DNA of 56,574 bases from Utricularia gibba (lineage: Eukaryota > Plantae > Magnoliophyta), in assembly GCA_002189035.1 (NCBI GenBank), contig NEEC01000189.1, positions 1 to 56,574 of the forward strand, read 5' to 3'. The translations under genes and the position numbers were made by a program. Below, piece by piece: positions 36,101 through 50,100 of the stretch. The notes under the pieces were generated by a model. It was not told the origin of the DNA and made no database searches. It saw only the letters and a program-made list of their open reading frames with translations. The number at the start of each line of letters is the position of its first letter. The first letter of the stretch is position 1.

Positions 36101-39100
36101 GGGTGGGTGCTTTCGTTGGGAAGTTCATCCGGACCCAAGGTTCTGTTCGACTCCTGAGCCCAATGGGGTCCTATTCGACGAAAATCGTGATGCATTTTTT
36201 GAAGTTAGGATGTCATGAGCACCCAAATGGTTTTCTTGTCCACAAGCTTTATATTTGAGGAGGCGCTCTCGAGGGGCACCAGGATCGGGCCGGAGGTCGG
36301 GTCGGGCTCGGCCCATAGTCATTTGTAGCCCGGCAAAAAATGTGATCCATTTATTAACGTTGGGTTTTCGGCACCTGCCTACATGGTTTTGAAGGAAAAG
36401 CTTGTCGTTTTTGGGTGGTGCTTTCGTTGGAACATCCGGACCCAAGGTTCGGTTCGACTCCTGAGCCAATGGGTCCTATTCGACGAAAATCGTGATGCAT
36501 TTTTTGAAGTTAGGATGTCATGAGCACCCCAAATGGTTTTCTTGTCCACAAGCTTTATTTGAGGAGGCGCTCTCGAGGGGCACTAGGATCGGGCCGGAGG
36601 TCAGGTCGTCTCGGCCCATAGTCATTTGTAGCCGGCAAAAAATGTGATCCATTTATTAACGTTGGGTTTTCGGCACTGCCACATGGTTTCTGAAGGAAAA
36701 GCTTGTCGTTTTTGGGTGGGTGCTTTTGTTGGGAATTCATCCGGACCCAAGGTTCGGTTCGACTCCTGAGCCCAATGGGGTCCTATTCGACGAAAATCGT
36801 GATGCATTTTTTGAAGTTAGGATGTCATGAGCACCCAAATGGTTTTCTTGTCCACAAGCTTTATATTTGAGGAGGCGCTCTCGAGGGGCAGGATCGGGCC
36901 GGAGGTCAGGTCGGGCTCGGCCCATAGTCATTTGTAGCCCGGCAAAAAATGTGATCCATTTATTAACGTTGGGTTTTCGGCACCTGCCTACATGGTTTGT
37001 GAAGGAAAAGCTTGTCGTTTTTGGGTGGGTGCTTTGTTGGGAAGTTCATCCGGACCCAAGGTTCTGTTCGACTCCTGAGCCCAATGGGGTCCTATTCGAC
37101 GAAAATCGTGATGCATTTTTTGAAGTTAGGATGTCATGAGCACCCAAAATGGTTTCTTGTCCACAAGCTTTATATTTGAGGAGGCGCTCTCGAGGGGCAC
37201 CAGGATCGGCCGGAGGTCGGTCGGGCTCGGCCCCATAGTCATTTGTAGCCCGGCAAAAAATGTGATCCATTTATTAACGTTTGGGTTTTCGGCACCTGCC
37301 TACATTGTTTCTGAAGGAAAAGCTTGTCGTTTTTGGGTGGGTGCTTTCGTTGGGAAGTTCATCCGGACCCAAGGTTCTGTTCGACTCCTGAGCCCAATGG
37401 GGTCCTATTCGACGAAAATCGTGATGCATTTTTTGAAGTTAGGATGTCATGAGCACCCCAAATGGTTTTCTTGTCCACAAGCTTTATATTTGAGGAGGCG
37501 CTCTCGAGGGGCACCAGGATCGGGCCGGAGGTCAGGTCGGGCTCGGCCCCATAGTCATTTGTAGCCCGGCAAAAAATGTGATCCATTTATTAACGTTGGG
37601 TTTTCGGCACCTGCCTACATGGTTTGTGAAGGAAAAGCTTGTCGTTTTTTGGTGGGCTGTTGTTGGAAATTCATCCGGACCCAAGGTTCTGTTCGACTCC
37701 TGAGCCCAATGGGTCCTATTCGACGAAAATCGTGATGCATTTTTTGAAGTTAGGATGTCATGAGCACCCCAAATGGTTTTCTTCCACAAGCTTTATATTT
37801 GAGGAGGCGCTCTCGAGGGGCACGGATCGGGCCGGAGGTCAGGTCGGGCTCGGGCCCATAGTCATTTGTAGCCCGGCAAAAAATGTGATCCATTTATTAA
37901 CGTTGGGTTTTCGGCACTGCCTACATGGTTTCTGAAGGAAAAGCTTGTCGTTTTTGGGTGGGTGCTTTCGTTGGAAGTTCATCCGGACCCAAGGTTCTGT
38001 TCGACTCCTGAGCCCAATGGGGTCCTATTCGACGAAAATCGTGATGCATTTTTTGAAGTTAGGATGTCATGAGCACCCCAAATGGTTTTCTTGTCCACAA
38101 GCTTTATATTTGAGGAGGCGCTCTCGAGGGGCACCAGGATCGGGCCGGAGGTCAGGTCGGCTCGGCCCATAGTCATTTGTAGCCCGGCAAAAAATGTGAT
38201 CCATTTATTAACGTTGGGTTTTTCGGCACCTGCCTACATGGTTTGTGAAGGAAAAGCTTGTCGTTTTTGGGTGGGTGCTTTGTTGGGAAGTTCATCCGGA
38301 CCCAAGGTTCTGTTCGACTCCTGAGCCCAATGGGTCCTATTCGACGAAAATCGTGATGCATTTTTTAAAGTTAGGATGTCATGAGCACCCCAAATGGTTT
38401 TCTTGTCCACAAGCTTTATATTTGAGGAGGCGCTCTCGAGGGGCACCAGGATCGGGCCGGAGGTCGGTCGGGCTCGGCCCCATAGTCATTTGTAGCCCGG
38501 CAAAAAATGTGATCCATTTATTAACGTTGGGTTTTCGGCACTGCCTACATTGTTTGAAGGAAAAGCTTGTCGTTTTTGGGTGGGTGCTTTGTTGGAAGTT
38601 CATCCGGACCCAAGGTTCTGTTCGACTCCTGAGCCCAATGGGGTCCTATTCGACGAAAATCGTGATGCATTTTTTGAAGTTAGGATGTCATGAGCACCCC
38701 AAATGGTTTTCTTGTCCACAAGCTTTATATTTGAGGAGGCGCTCTCGAGGGGCACCAGGATCGGGCCGGAGGTCGGTCGGGCTCGGCCCATAGTCATTTG
38801 TAGCCCGGCAAAAAAGTGATCCATTTATTAACGTTGGGTTTTCGGCACCTGCCTACATGGTTTCTGAAGGAAAAGCTTGTCGTTTTTGGGTGGGTGCTGT
38901 TGTTGGAAATTCATCCGGACCCAAGGTTCGGTTCGACTCCTGAGCCCAATGGGGTCCTATTCGACGAAAATCGTGATGCATTTTTTGAAGTTAGGATGTC
39001 ATGAGCACCCCAAATGGTTTTCTTCCACAAGCTTTATATTTGAGGAGGCGCTCTCGAGGGGCACCAGGATCGGGCCGGAGGTCGGGTCGGGCTCGGGCCC

Positions 39101-42100
39101 ATAGTCATTTGTAGCCCGGCAAAAAAAGTGATCCATTTATTAACGTTGGGTTTTCGGCAGCTGCCAACATGGTTTCTGAAGGAAAAGCTTGTCGTTTTTG
39201 GGTGGGTGCTTTTGTTGGGAATTCATCCGGACCCAAGGTTCGTTCGACTCCTGAGCCCAATGGGGTCCTATTCGACGAAAATCGTGATGCATTTTTTGAA
39301 GTTAGGATGTCATGAGCACCCCAAATGGTTTTCTTGTCCACAAGCTTTATATTTGAGGAGGCGCTCTCGAGGGGCACCAGGATCGGGCCGGAGGTCAGGT
39401 CGGGCTCGGCCCATAGTCATTTGTAGCCCGGCAAAAAATGTGATCCATTTATTAACGTTGGGTTTTCGGCACCTGCCTACATGGTTTGTGAAGGAAAAGC
39501 TTGTCGTTTTTGGGTGGGTGCTTTCGTTGGGAAGTTCATCCGGACCCAAGGTTCGTTCGACTCCTGAGCCCAATGGGGTCCTATTCGACGAAAATCGTGA
39601 TGCATTTTTTGAAGTTAGGATGTCATGAGCACCCAAAATGGTTTTCTTGTCCACAAGCTTTATATTTGAGGAGGCGCTCTCGAGGGGCACTAGGATCGGG
39701 CCGGAGGTCAGGTCGGGCTCGGCCCATAGTCATTTGTAGCCCGGCAAAAAAAGTGATCCATTTATTAACGTTGGGTTTTCGGCACCTGCCTACATTGTTT
39801 CTGAAGGAAAAGCTTGTCGTTTTTGGGTGGGTGCTTTCGTTGGGAAGTTCATCCGGACCCAAGGTTCTGTTCGACTCCTGAGCCCAATGGGGTCCTATTC
39901 GACGAAAAATCGTGATGCATTTTTTGAAGTTAGGATGTCATGAGCACCCAAAATGGTTTTCTTGTCCACAAGCTTTATATTTGAGGAGGCGCTCTCGAGG
40001 GGCACCAGGATCGGGCCGGAGGTCAGGTCGGGCTCGGCATAGTCATTTGTAGCCCGGCAAAAAATGTGATCCATTTATTAACGTTGGGTTTTCGGCAGCC
40101 TGCCTACATGGTTTGTGAAGGAAAAGCTTGTCGTTTTTGGGTGGGTGCTGTTGTTGGAATTCGTCCGGACCCAAGGTTCGGTTCGACTCCTGAGCCCAAT
40201 CGGGTCCTATTCGACGAAAATCGTGATGCATTTTTTGAAGTTAGGATGTCATGAGCACCCCAAATGGTTTTCTCAACACATGCTTTTTATTTGAGGAGGC
40301 GCTCTCGAGGGGCACTAGGATCGGGCCGGAGGTCATATCGATCTCGGGCCCATAGTCATTTGTAGCCCGGCAAAAAAAGTGATCCATTATTAACGTTGGG
40401 TTTTCGGCAGCTGCCAACATGGTTTCTGAAGGAAAAGCTTGTCGTTTTTGGGTGGGTGCTTTTGTTGGGAATTCATCCGGACCCAAGGTTCGGTTCGACT
40501 CCTGAGCCCAATGGGGTCCTATTCGACGAAAATCGTGATGCATTTTTTGAAGTTAGGATGTCATGAGCACCCCAAATGGTTTTCTTGTCCACAAGCTTTA
40601 TATTTGAGGAGGCGCTCTCGAGGGGCACTAGGATCGGGCCGGAGGTCAGGTCGGGCTCGGCCCATAGTCATTTGTAGCCCGGCAAAAAATGTGATCCATT
40701 TATTAACGTTGGGTTTTCGGCACCTGCCTACATGGTTTCTGAAGGAAAAGCTTGTCGTTTTTGGGTGGGTGCTTTCGTTGGAAATTCATCCGGACCCAAG
40801 GTTCTGTTCGACTCCTGAGCCCAATGGGGTCCTATTCGACGAAAATCGTGATGCATTTTTTGAAGTTAGGATGTCATGAGCACCCCAAATGGTTTTCTTG
40901 TCCACAAGCTTTATATTTGAGGAGGCGCTCTCGAGGGGCACCAGGATCGGGCCGGAGGTCAGGTCGGGCTCGGCCCCATAGTCATTTGTAGCCCGGCAAA
41001 AAATGTGATCCATTTATTAACGTTGGGTTTTCGGCACCTGCCTACATGGTTTGTGAAGGAAAAGCTTGTCGTTTTTGGGTGGGTGCTTTCGTTGGAAGTT
41101 CATCCGGACCCAAGGTTCGTTCGACTCCTGAGCCCAATGGGGTCCTATTCGACGAAAATCGTGATGCATTTTTTGAAGTTAGGATGTCATGAGCACCCCA
41201 AATGGTTTTCTTGTCCACAAGCTTTATATTTGAGGAGGCGCTCTCGAGGGGCACCAGGATCGGGCCGGAGGTCGGGTCGGGCTCGGCCCCATAGTCATTT
41301 GTAGCCCGGCAAAAAATGTGATCCATTTATTAACGTTGGGTTTTCGGCACCTGCCTACATGTTTCTGAAGGAAAAGCTTGTCGTTTTTGGGTGGGTGCTT
41401 TCGTTGGGAATTCATCCGGACCCAAGGTTCGGTTCGACTCCTGAGCCCAATGGGGTCCTATTCGACGAAAATCGTGATGCATTTTTTGAAGTTAGGATGT
41501 CATGAGCACCCCAAATGGTTTTCTTGTCCACAAGCTTTATATTTGAGGAGGCGCTCTCGAGGGGCACTAGGATCGGGCCGGAGGTCAGGTCGGCTCGGCC
41601 CCATAGTCATTTGTAGCCCGGCAAAAAAAGTGATCCATTTATTAACGTTGGGTTTTCGGCACCTGCCTACATGGTTTGTGAAGGAAAAGCTTGTCGTTTT
41701 TGGGTGGGTGCTGTTGTTCGGAATTTCGTCCGGACCCAAGGTTCGGTTCGACTCCTGAGCCAATGGGTCCTATTCGACGAAAATCGTGATGCATTTTTTG
41801 AAGTTAGGATGTCATGAGCACCCCAAATGGTTTTCTTCCACAAGCTTTTATTTGAGGAGGCGCTCTCGAGGGGCACTAGGATCGGGCCGGAGGTCGGGTC
41901 GGGCTCGGGCCCATAGTCATTTGTAGCCCGGCAAAAAAAGTGATCCATTTATTAACGTTGGGTTTTCGGCAGCTGCCTACATGGTTTCTGAAGGAAAAGC
42001 TTGTCGTTTTTGGGTGGGTGCTTTCGTTGGGAAGTTCATCCGGACCCAAGGTTCGTTCGACTCCTGAGCCCAATGGGGTCCTATTCGACGAAAATCGTGA

Positions 42101-45100
42101 TGCATTTTTTGAAGTTAGGATGTCATGAGCACCCCAAATGGTTTTCTTGTCCACAAGCTTTATATTTGAGGAGGCGCTCTCGAGGGGCACCAGGATCGGG
42201 CCGGAGGTCAGGTCGGGCTCGGCCCCATAGTCATTTGTAGCCCGGCAAAAAATGTGATCCATTTATTAACGTTGGGTTTTCGGCACTGCCTACATGGTTT
42301 CTGAAGGAAAAGCTTGTCGTTTTTGGGTGGGTGCTTTCGTTGGGAAGTTCATCCGGACCCAAGGTTCTGTTCGACTCCTGAGCCCAATGGGGTCCTATTC
42401 GACGAAAATCGTGATGCATTTTTTGAAGTTAGGATGTCATGAGCACCCCAAATGGTTTTCTTGTCCACAAGCTTTATATTTGAGGAGGCGCTCTCGAGGG
42501 GCACTAGGATCGGGCCGGAGGTCAGGTCGGGCTCGGCCCCATAGTCATTTGTAGCCCGGCAAAAAAGTGATCCATTTATTAACGTTGGGTTTTCGGCACC
42601 TGCCTACATGTTTCTGAAGGAAAAGCTTGTCGTTTTTGGGTGGGTGCTTTCGTTGGGAATTCATCCGGACCCAAGGTTCGTTCGACTCCTGAGCCCAATG
42701 GGGTCCTATTCGACGAAAATCGTGATGCATTTTTTGAAGTTAGGATGTCATGAGCACCCCAAATGGTTTTCTTGTCCACAAGCTTTATATTTGAGGAGGC
42801 GCTCTCGAGGGGCACCAGGATCGGGCCGGAGGTCAAACGGGATAGTCATTTGTAGCCCGGCAAAAAAGTGATCCATTTATTAACGTTGGGTTTTCGGCAG
42901 CCTACATGGTTTGTGAAGGAAAAGCTTGTCGTTTTTGGGTGGGTGCTGTTGTTCGGAATTCCCGGACCCAAGGTTCGGTTCGACTCCTGAGCCCAATGGG
43001 GTCCTATTCGACGAAAATCGTGATGCATTTTTTGAAGTTAGGATGTCATGAGCACCCCAAATGGTTTTCTTGTCCACAAGCTTTATATTTGAGGAGGCGC
43101 TCTCGAGGGGCACAGGATCGGCCGGAGGTCCGGGCCCATAGTCATTTGTAGCCCGGCAAAAAAGTGATCCATTTATTAACGTTGGGTTTTCGCACCTGCC
43201 TACATGGTTTCTGAAGGAAAAGCTTGTCGTTTTTGGGTGGGTGCTTGTTGGGAATTCATCCGGACCCAAGGTTCGGTTCGACTCCTGAGCCCAATGGGGT
43301 CCTATTCGACGAAAATCGTGATGCATTTTTTGAAGTTAGGATGTCATGAGCACCCCAAATGGTTTTCTTGTCCACAAGCTTTATATTTGAGGAGGCGCTC
43401 TCGAGGGGCACCAGGATCGGGCCGGAGGTCAGGTCGGGCTCGGCCCCATAGTCATTTGTAGCCCGGCAAAAAATGTGATCCATTTATTAACGTTGGGTTT
43501 TCGGCACCTGCCTACATGGTTTGTGAAGGAAAAGCTTGTCGTTTTTGGGTGGGTGCTTTGTTGGGAAGTTCATCCGGACCCAAGGTTCGTTCGACTCCTG
43601 AGCCCAATGGGGTCCTATTCGACGAAAATCGTGATGCATTTTTTGAAGTTAGGATGTCATGAGCACCCAAAATGGTTTTCTTGTCCACAAGCTTTATATT
43701 TGAGGAGGCGCTCTCGAGGGGCACCAGGATCGGGCCGGAGGTCAGGTCGGGCTCGGCCCCATAGTCATTTGTAGCCCGGCAAAAAATGTGATCCATTTAT
43801 TAACGTTGGGTTTTCGGCACCTGCCTACATGGTTTCTGAAGGAAAAGCTTGTCGTTTTGGGTGGGTGCTTTTGTTGGGAAGTTCATCCGGACCCAAGGTT
43901 CGTTCGACTCCTGAGCCCAATGGGGTCCTATTCGACGAAAATCGTGATGCATTTTTGAAGTTAGGATGTCATGAGCACCCCAAATGGTTTTCTTGTCCAC
44001 AAGCTTTATATTTGAGGAGGCGCTCTCGAGGGGCACTAGGATCGGGCCGGAGGTCAGGTCGGGCTCGGCCCCATAGTCATTTGTAGCCCGGCAAAAAATG
44101 TGATCCATTTATTAACGTTGGGTTTTCGGCACCTGCCTACATGGTTTCTGAAGGAAAAGCTTGTCGTTTTTGGGTGGGTGCTTTGTTGGGAAATTCGTCC
44201 GGACCCAAGGTTCGGTTCGACTCCTGAGCCCAATGGGTCCTATTCGACGAAAATCGTGATGCATTTTTTGAAGTTAGGATGTCATGAGCACCCCAAATGG
44301 TTTTCTTGTCCACAAGCTTTATATTTGAGGAGGCGCTCTCGAGGGGCACGGGGAAGGTCGGGTCGGGCTCGGCCCATAGTCATTTGTAGCCCGGCAAAAA
44401 ATGTGATCCATTTATTAACGTTGGGTTTTCGGCAGCTGCCTACATGGTTTCTGAAGGAAAAGCTTGTCGTTTTTGGGTGGGGTGCTTTGTTGGGAAATTC
44501 GTCCGGACCCAAGGTTCGGTTCGACTCCGAGCCCAATGGGGTCCTATTTCGACGAAAATCGTGATGCATTTTTTGAAGTTAGGATGTCATGAGCACCCCA
44601 AATGGTTTTCTTGTCCACAAGCTTTATATTTGAGGAGGCTCTCGAGGGGCACTAGGATCGGGCCGGAGGTCGGGTCGGCTCGGCCCCATAGTCATTTGTA
44701 GCCCGGCAAAAAAAGTGATCCATTTATTAACGTTGGGTTTCGGCACCTGCCTACATGTTTCTGAAGGAAAAGCTTGTCGTTTTTGGGTGGGTGCTTTCGT
44801 TGGGAAGTTCATCCGGACCCAAGGTTCTGTTCGACTCCTGAGCCCAATGGGGTCCTATTCGACGAAAATCGTGATGCATTTTTTGAAGTTAGGATGTCAT
44901 GAGCACCCCAAATGGTTTTCTTGTCCACAAGCTTTATATTTTGAGGAGGCGCTCTCGAGGGGCACTAGGATCGGGCCGGAGGTCAGGTCGGGCTCGGCCC
45001 CATAGTCATTTGTAGCCCGGCAAAAAATGTGATCCATTTATTACGTTGGGTTTTCGGCACCTGCCTACATGGTTTGTGAAGGAAAAGCTTGTCGTTTTTG

Positions 45101-46870
45101 GTGGTGCTGTTGTTGGGAATTCGTCCGGACCCAAGGTTCGGTTCGACTCCTGAGCCCAATGGGTCCTATTCGACGAAAATCGTGATGCATTTTTTGAAGT
45201 TAGGATGTCATGAGCACCCCAAATGGTTTTCTCAACCACAAGCTTTATATTTGAGGAGGCGCTCTCGAGGGCACTAGGATCGGGCCGGAGGTCATTCGGG
45301 CTCGGGCCCATAGTCATTTGTAGCCCGGCAAAAAAAGTGATCCATTTATTAACGTTGGGTTTTCGGCAGCTGCCTACATGGTTTCTGAAGGAAAAGCTTG
45401 TCGTTTTTGGGTGGGTGCTTTTGTTGGGAATTCATCCGGACCCAAGGTTCGGTTCGACTCCTGAGCCCAATGGGGTCCTATTCGACGAAAATCGTGATGC
45501 ATTTTTTGAAGTTAGGATGTCATGAGCACCCAAATGGTTTTCTTGTCCACAAGCTTTATATTTGAGGAGGCGCTCTCGAGGGGCACTAGGATCGGGCCGG
45601 AGGTCAGGTCGGGCTCGGCCCCATAGTCATTTGTAGCCCGGCAAAAAATGTGATCCATTTATTAACGTTGGGTTTTCGGCACCTGCCTACATGGTTTGTG
45701 AAGGAAAAGCTTGTCGTTTTTGGGTGGGTGCTTTGTTGGGAAATTCGTCCGGACCCAAGGTTCGTTCGACTCCTGAGCCCAATGGGGTCCTATTCGACGA
45801 AAATCGTGATGCATTTTTTGAAGTTAGGATGTCATGAGCACCCCAAATGGTTTTCTTGTCCACAAGCTTTATATTTGAGGAGGCGCTCTCGAGGGGCACC
45901 AGGATCGGGCCGGAGGTCAGGTCGGGCTCGGCCCCATAGTCATTTGTAGCCCGGCAAAAAATGTGATCCATTTATTAACGTTGGGTTTTCGGCACCTGCC
46001 TACATGGTTTCTGAAGGAAAAGCTTGTCGTTTTTGGGTGGGTGCTTTCGTTGGGAAGTTCATCCGGACCCAAGGTTCTGTTCGACTCCTGAGCCCAATGG
46101 GGTCCTATTCGACGAAAAATCGTGATGCATTTTTTGAAGTTAGGATGTCATGAGCACCCCAAATGGTTTTCTTGTCCACAAGCTTTATATTTGAGGAGGC
46201 GCTCTCGAGGGCACCAGGATCGGGCCGGAGGTCAGGTCGGGCTCGGCCCATAGTCATTTGTAGCCCGGCAAAAAATGTGATCCATTTATTAACGTTGGGT
46301 TTTCGGCACCTGCCTACATGGTTTGTGAAGGAAAAGCTTGTCGTTTTTGGGTGGGTGCTTTGTTGGAAATTCGTCCGGACCCAAGGTTCGGTTCGACTCC
46401 TGAGCCCAATCGGGTCCTATTCGACGAAAATCGTGATGCATTTTTTGAAGTTAGGATGTCATGAGCACCCCAAATGGTTTTCTCACCACAGCTTTATATT
46501 TGAGGAGGCGCTCTCGAGGGGCACTAGGATCGGGCCGGAGGTCAGGTCGGCTCGGGCCCATAGTCATTTGTAGCCCGGCAAAAAAAGTGATCCATTTATT
46601 AACGTTGGGTTTTCGGCAGCTGCCTACATGGTTTCTGAAGGAAAAGCTTGTCGTTTTTGGGTGGGTGCTTTTGTTGGGAATTCATCCGGACCCAAGGTTC
46701 GGTTCGACTCCTGAGCCCAATGGGGTCCTATTCGACGAAAATCGTGATGCATTTTTTGAAGTTAGGATGTCATGAGCACCCCAAATGGTTTTCTTGTCCA
46801 CAAGCTTTATATTTGAGGAGGCGCTCTCGAGGGGCACTAGGATCGGGCCGGAGGTCAGGTCGGGCTCGGC

Positions 46871-47120
46871 CCCATAGTCATTTGTAGCCCGGCAAAAAAT
46901 GTGATCCATTTTACGTTGGGTTTTCGGCACCTGCCTACATGGTTTGTGAAGGAAAAGCTTGTCGTTTTTGGGTGGGTGCTTTCGTTGGTCACCCAAGGTT
47001 CCGGAGCCCAAATTCGACGAACGTGATGCATTTTTTGAAGTTAGGATGTCATGAGCACCCCAAATGGTTTTCTCCACAAGCTTCAGGCGCTCTCGAGGGC
47101 ACCAGGATCGGATCATCGGA
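46871..47120 (+). repeat. Shortened monomer (~247 bp) with multiple small internal deletions
   Basis: ATAGTCA occurs at 46874 and 47121. The unit reads ttcgttggtcacccaaggttccggagcccaaattcgacgaacgtg and cttcaggcgctctcgagggcaccaggatcggatcatcggaatagtc. Confidence 0.88.
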
Positions 47121-50100
47121 ATAGTCATTTGTAGCCCGGCAAAAAAGTGATCCATTTATTAACGTTGGGTTTTCGGCATGCCTACATGGTTTTGAAGGAA
47201 AAGCTTGTCGTTTTTGGGTGTGCTTTCGTTGTTCATCCGGACCCAAGGTTCGGTTCGACTCCTGAGCCCAATGGGGTCCTATTCGACGAAAATCGTGATG
47301 CATTTTTTGAAGTTAGGATGTCATGAGCACCCCAAATGGTTTTCTTGTCCACAAGCTTTATATTTGAGGAGGCGCTCTCGAGGGGCACCAGGATCGGGCC
47401 GGAGGTCAGGTCGGGCTCGGCCCCATAGTCATTTGTAGCCCGGCAAAAAAAGTGATCCATTTATTAACGTTGGGTTTTCGGCACTGCCTACATTGTTTCT
47501 GAAGGAAAAGCTTGTCGTTTTTGGGTGGGTGCTTTCGTTGGGAAGTTCATCCGGACCCAAGGTTCTGTTCGACTCCTGAGCCCAATGGGGTCCTATTCGA
47601 CGAAAATCGTGATGCATTTTTTGAAGTTAGGATGTCATGAGCACCCCAAATGGTTTTCTTGTCCACAGCTTTATATTTGAGGAGGCGCTCTCGAGGGGCA
47701 CAGGATCGGGCCGGAGGTCAGGTCGGGCTCGGCCCCATAGTCATTTGTAGCCCGGCAAAAAAATGTGATCCATTTATTAACGTTGGGTTTTCGGCACCTG
47801 CCTACATGGTTTGTGAAGGAAAAGCTTGTCGTTTTTGGTGGGTGCTTTGTTCGGAAATTCGTCCGGACCCAAGGTTCGTTCGACTCCTGAGCCCAATGGG
47901 GTCCTATTCGACGAAAATCGTGATGCATTTTTTGAAGTTAGGATGTCATGAGCACCCCAAATGGTTTTCTTGTCCACAAGCTTTATATTTGAGGAGGCGC
48001 TCTCGAGGGCACCAGGATCGGGCCGGAGGTCGGTCGGGCTCGGCCCATAGTCATTTGTAGCCCGGCAAAAAAAGTGATCCATTTATTAACGTTGGGTTTT
48101 CGGCACTGCCTACATGGTTTTCTGAAGGAAAAGCTTGTCGTTTTTGGGTGGGTGCTTTTGTTGGGAAGTTCATCCGGACCCAAGGTTCGTTCGACTCCTG
48201 AGCCCAATGGGTCCTATTCGACGAAAATCGTGATGCATTTTTTGAAGTTAGGATGTCATGAGCACCCCAAATGGTTTTCTTGTCCACAAGCTTTATATTT
48301 GAGGAGGCGCTCTCGAGGGGCACCAGGATCGGGCCGGAGGTCAGGTCGGGCTCGGCCCATAGTCATTTGTAGCCCGGCAAAAAATGTGATCCATTTATTA
48401 ACGTTGGGTTTTCGGCACCTGCCTACATGGTTTGTGAAGGAAAAGCTTGTCGTTTTTGGGTGGGTGCTGTTGTTGGAAATTCGTCCGGACCCAAGGTTCG
48501 GTTCGACTCCTGAGCCCAATGGGTCCTATTCGACGAAAATCGTGATGCATTTTTTGAAGTTAGGATGTCATGAGCCCCAAATGGTTTTTCTTTTTTATTT
48601 GAGGAGGCGCTCTCGAGGGGCACTAGGATCGGGCCGGAGGTCAGTCGGCTCGGCCCATAGTCATTTGTAGCCCGGCAAAAAAAGTGATCCATTTATTAAC
48701 GTTGGGTTTTCGGCACTGCCTACATGGTTTCTGAAGGAAAAGCTTGTCGTTTTTGGGTGGGTGCTTTTGTTGGGAATTCATCCGGACCCAAGGTTCGGTT
48801 CGACTCCTGAGCCCAATGGGGTCCTATTCGACGAAAATCGTGATGCATTTTTTGAAGTTAGGATGTCATGAGCACCCCAAATGGTTTCTTGTCCACAAGC
48901 TTTATATTTGAGGAGGCGCTCTCGAGGGGCACCAGGATCGGGCCGGAGGTCAGGTCGGGCTCGGCCCATAGTCATTTGTAGCCCGGCAAAAAATGTGATC
49001 CATTTATTAACGTTGGGTTTTCGGCACCTGCCTACATGGTTTGTGAAGGAAAAGCTTGTCGTTTTTGGGTGGGTGCTTTCGTTGGGAAGTTCATCCGGAC
49101 CCAAGGTTCGTTCGACTCCTGAGCCAATGGGGTCCTATTCGACGAAAATCGTGATGCATTTTTTGAAGTTAGGATGTCATGAGCACCCCAAATGGTTTTC
49201 TTGTCCACAAGCTTTATATTTGAGGAGGCGCTCTCGAGGGGCACCAGGATCGGGCCGGAGGTCGGGTCGGGCTCGGCCCATAGTCATTTGTAGCCCGGCA
49301 AAAAAAGTGATCCATTTATTAACGTTGGGTTTTCGGCACCTGCCTACATGTTTCTGAAGGAAAAGCTTGTCGTTTTTGGGTGGGTGCTTTCGTTGGGAAT
49401 TCATCCGGACCCAAGGTTCGGTTCGACTCCTGAGCCCAATGGGGTCCTATTCGACGAAAATCGTGATGCATTTTTTGAAGTTAGGATGTCATGAGCACCC
49501 CAAATGGTTTTCTTGTCCACAAGCTTTATATTTGAGGAGGCGCTCTCGAGGGGCACCAGGATCGGGCCGGAGGTCAGGTCGGGCTCGGCCCATAGTCATT
49601 TGTAGCCCGGCAAAAAATGTGATCCATTTATTAACGTTGGGTTTTCGGCACCTGCCTACATGGTTTTGAAGGAAAAGCTTGTCGTTTTTGGTGCCCCCCG
49701 ACCCAAGGTTCGTTCGACTCCTGAGCCCAAATTCGACGAAAATCGTGATGCATTTTTTGAAGTTAGGATGTCATGAGCACCCCAAATGGTTTTCTGTCCA
49801 CAAGCTTTATATTTGAGGAGGCGCTCTCGAGGGGCACTAGGATCGGGCCGGAGTCGGGTCGGGCTCGGGCCCATAGTCATTTGTAGCCCGGCAAAAAAAG
49901 TGATCCATTTATTAACGTTGGGTTTTCGGCAGCTGCCTACATGGTTTCTGAAGGAAAAGCTTGTCGTTTTTGGGTGGGTGCTTTCGTTGGGAAGGGACCC
50001 AAGGTTCGGTTCGACTCCTGAGCCCAATGGGGTCCTATTCGACGAAAATCGTGATGCATTTTTTGAAGTTAGGATGTCATGAGCACCCCAAATGGTTTTC

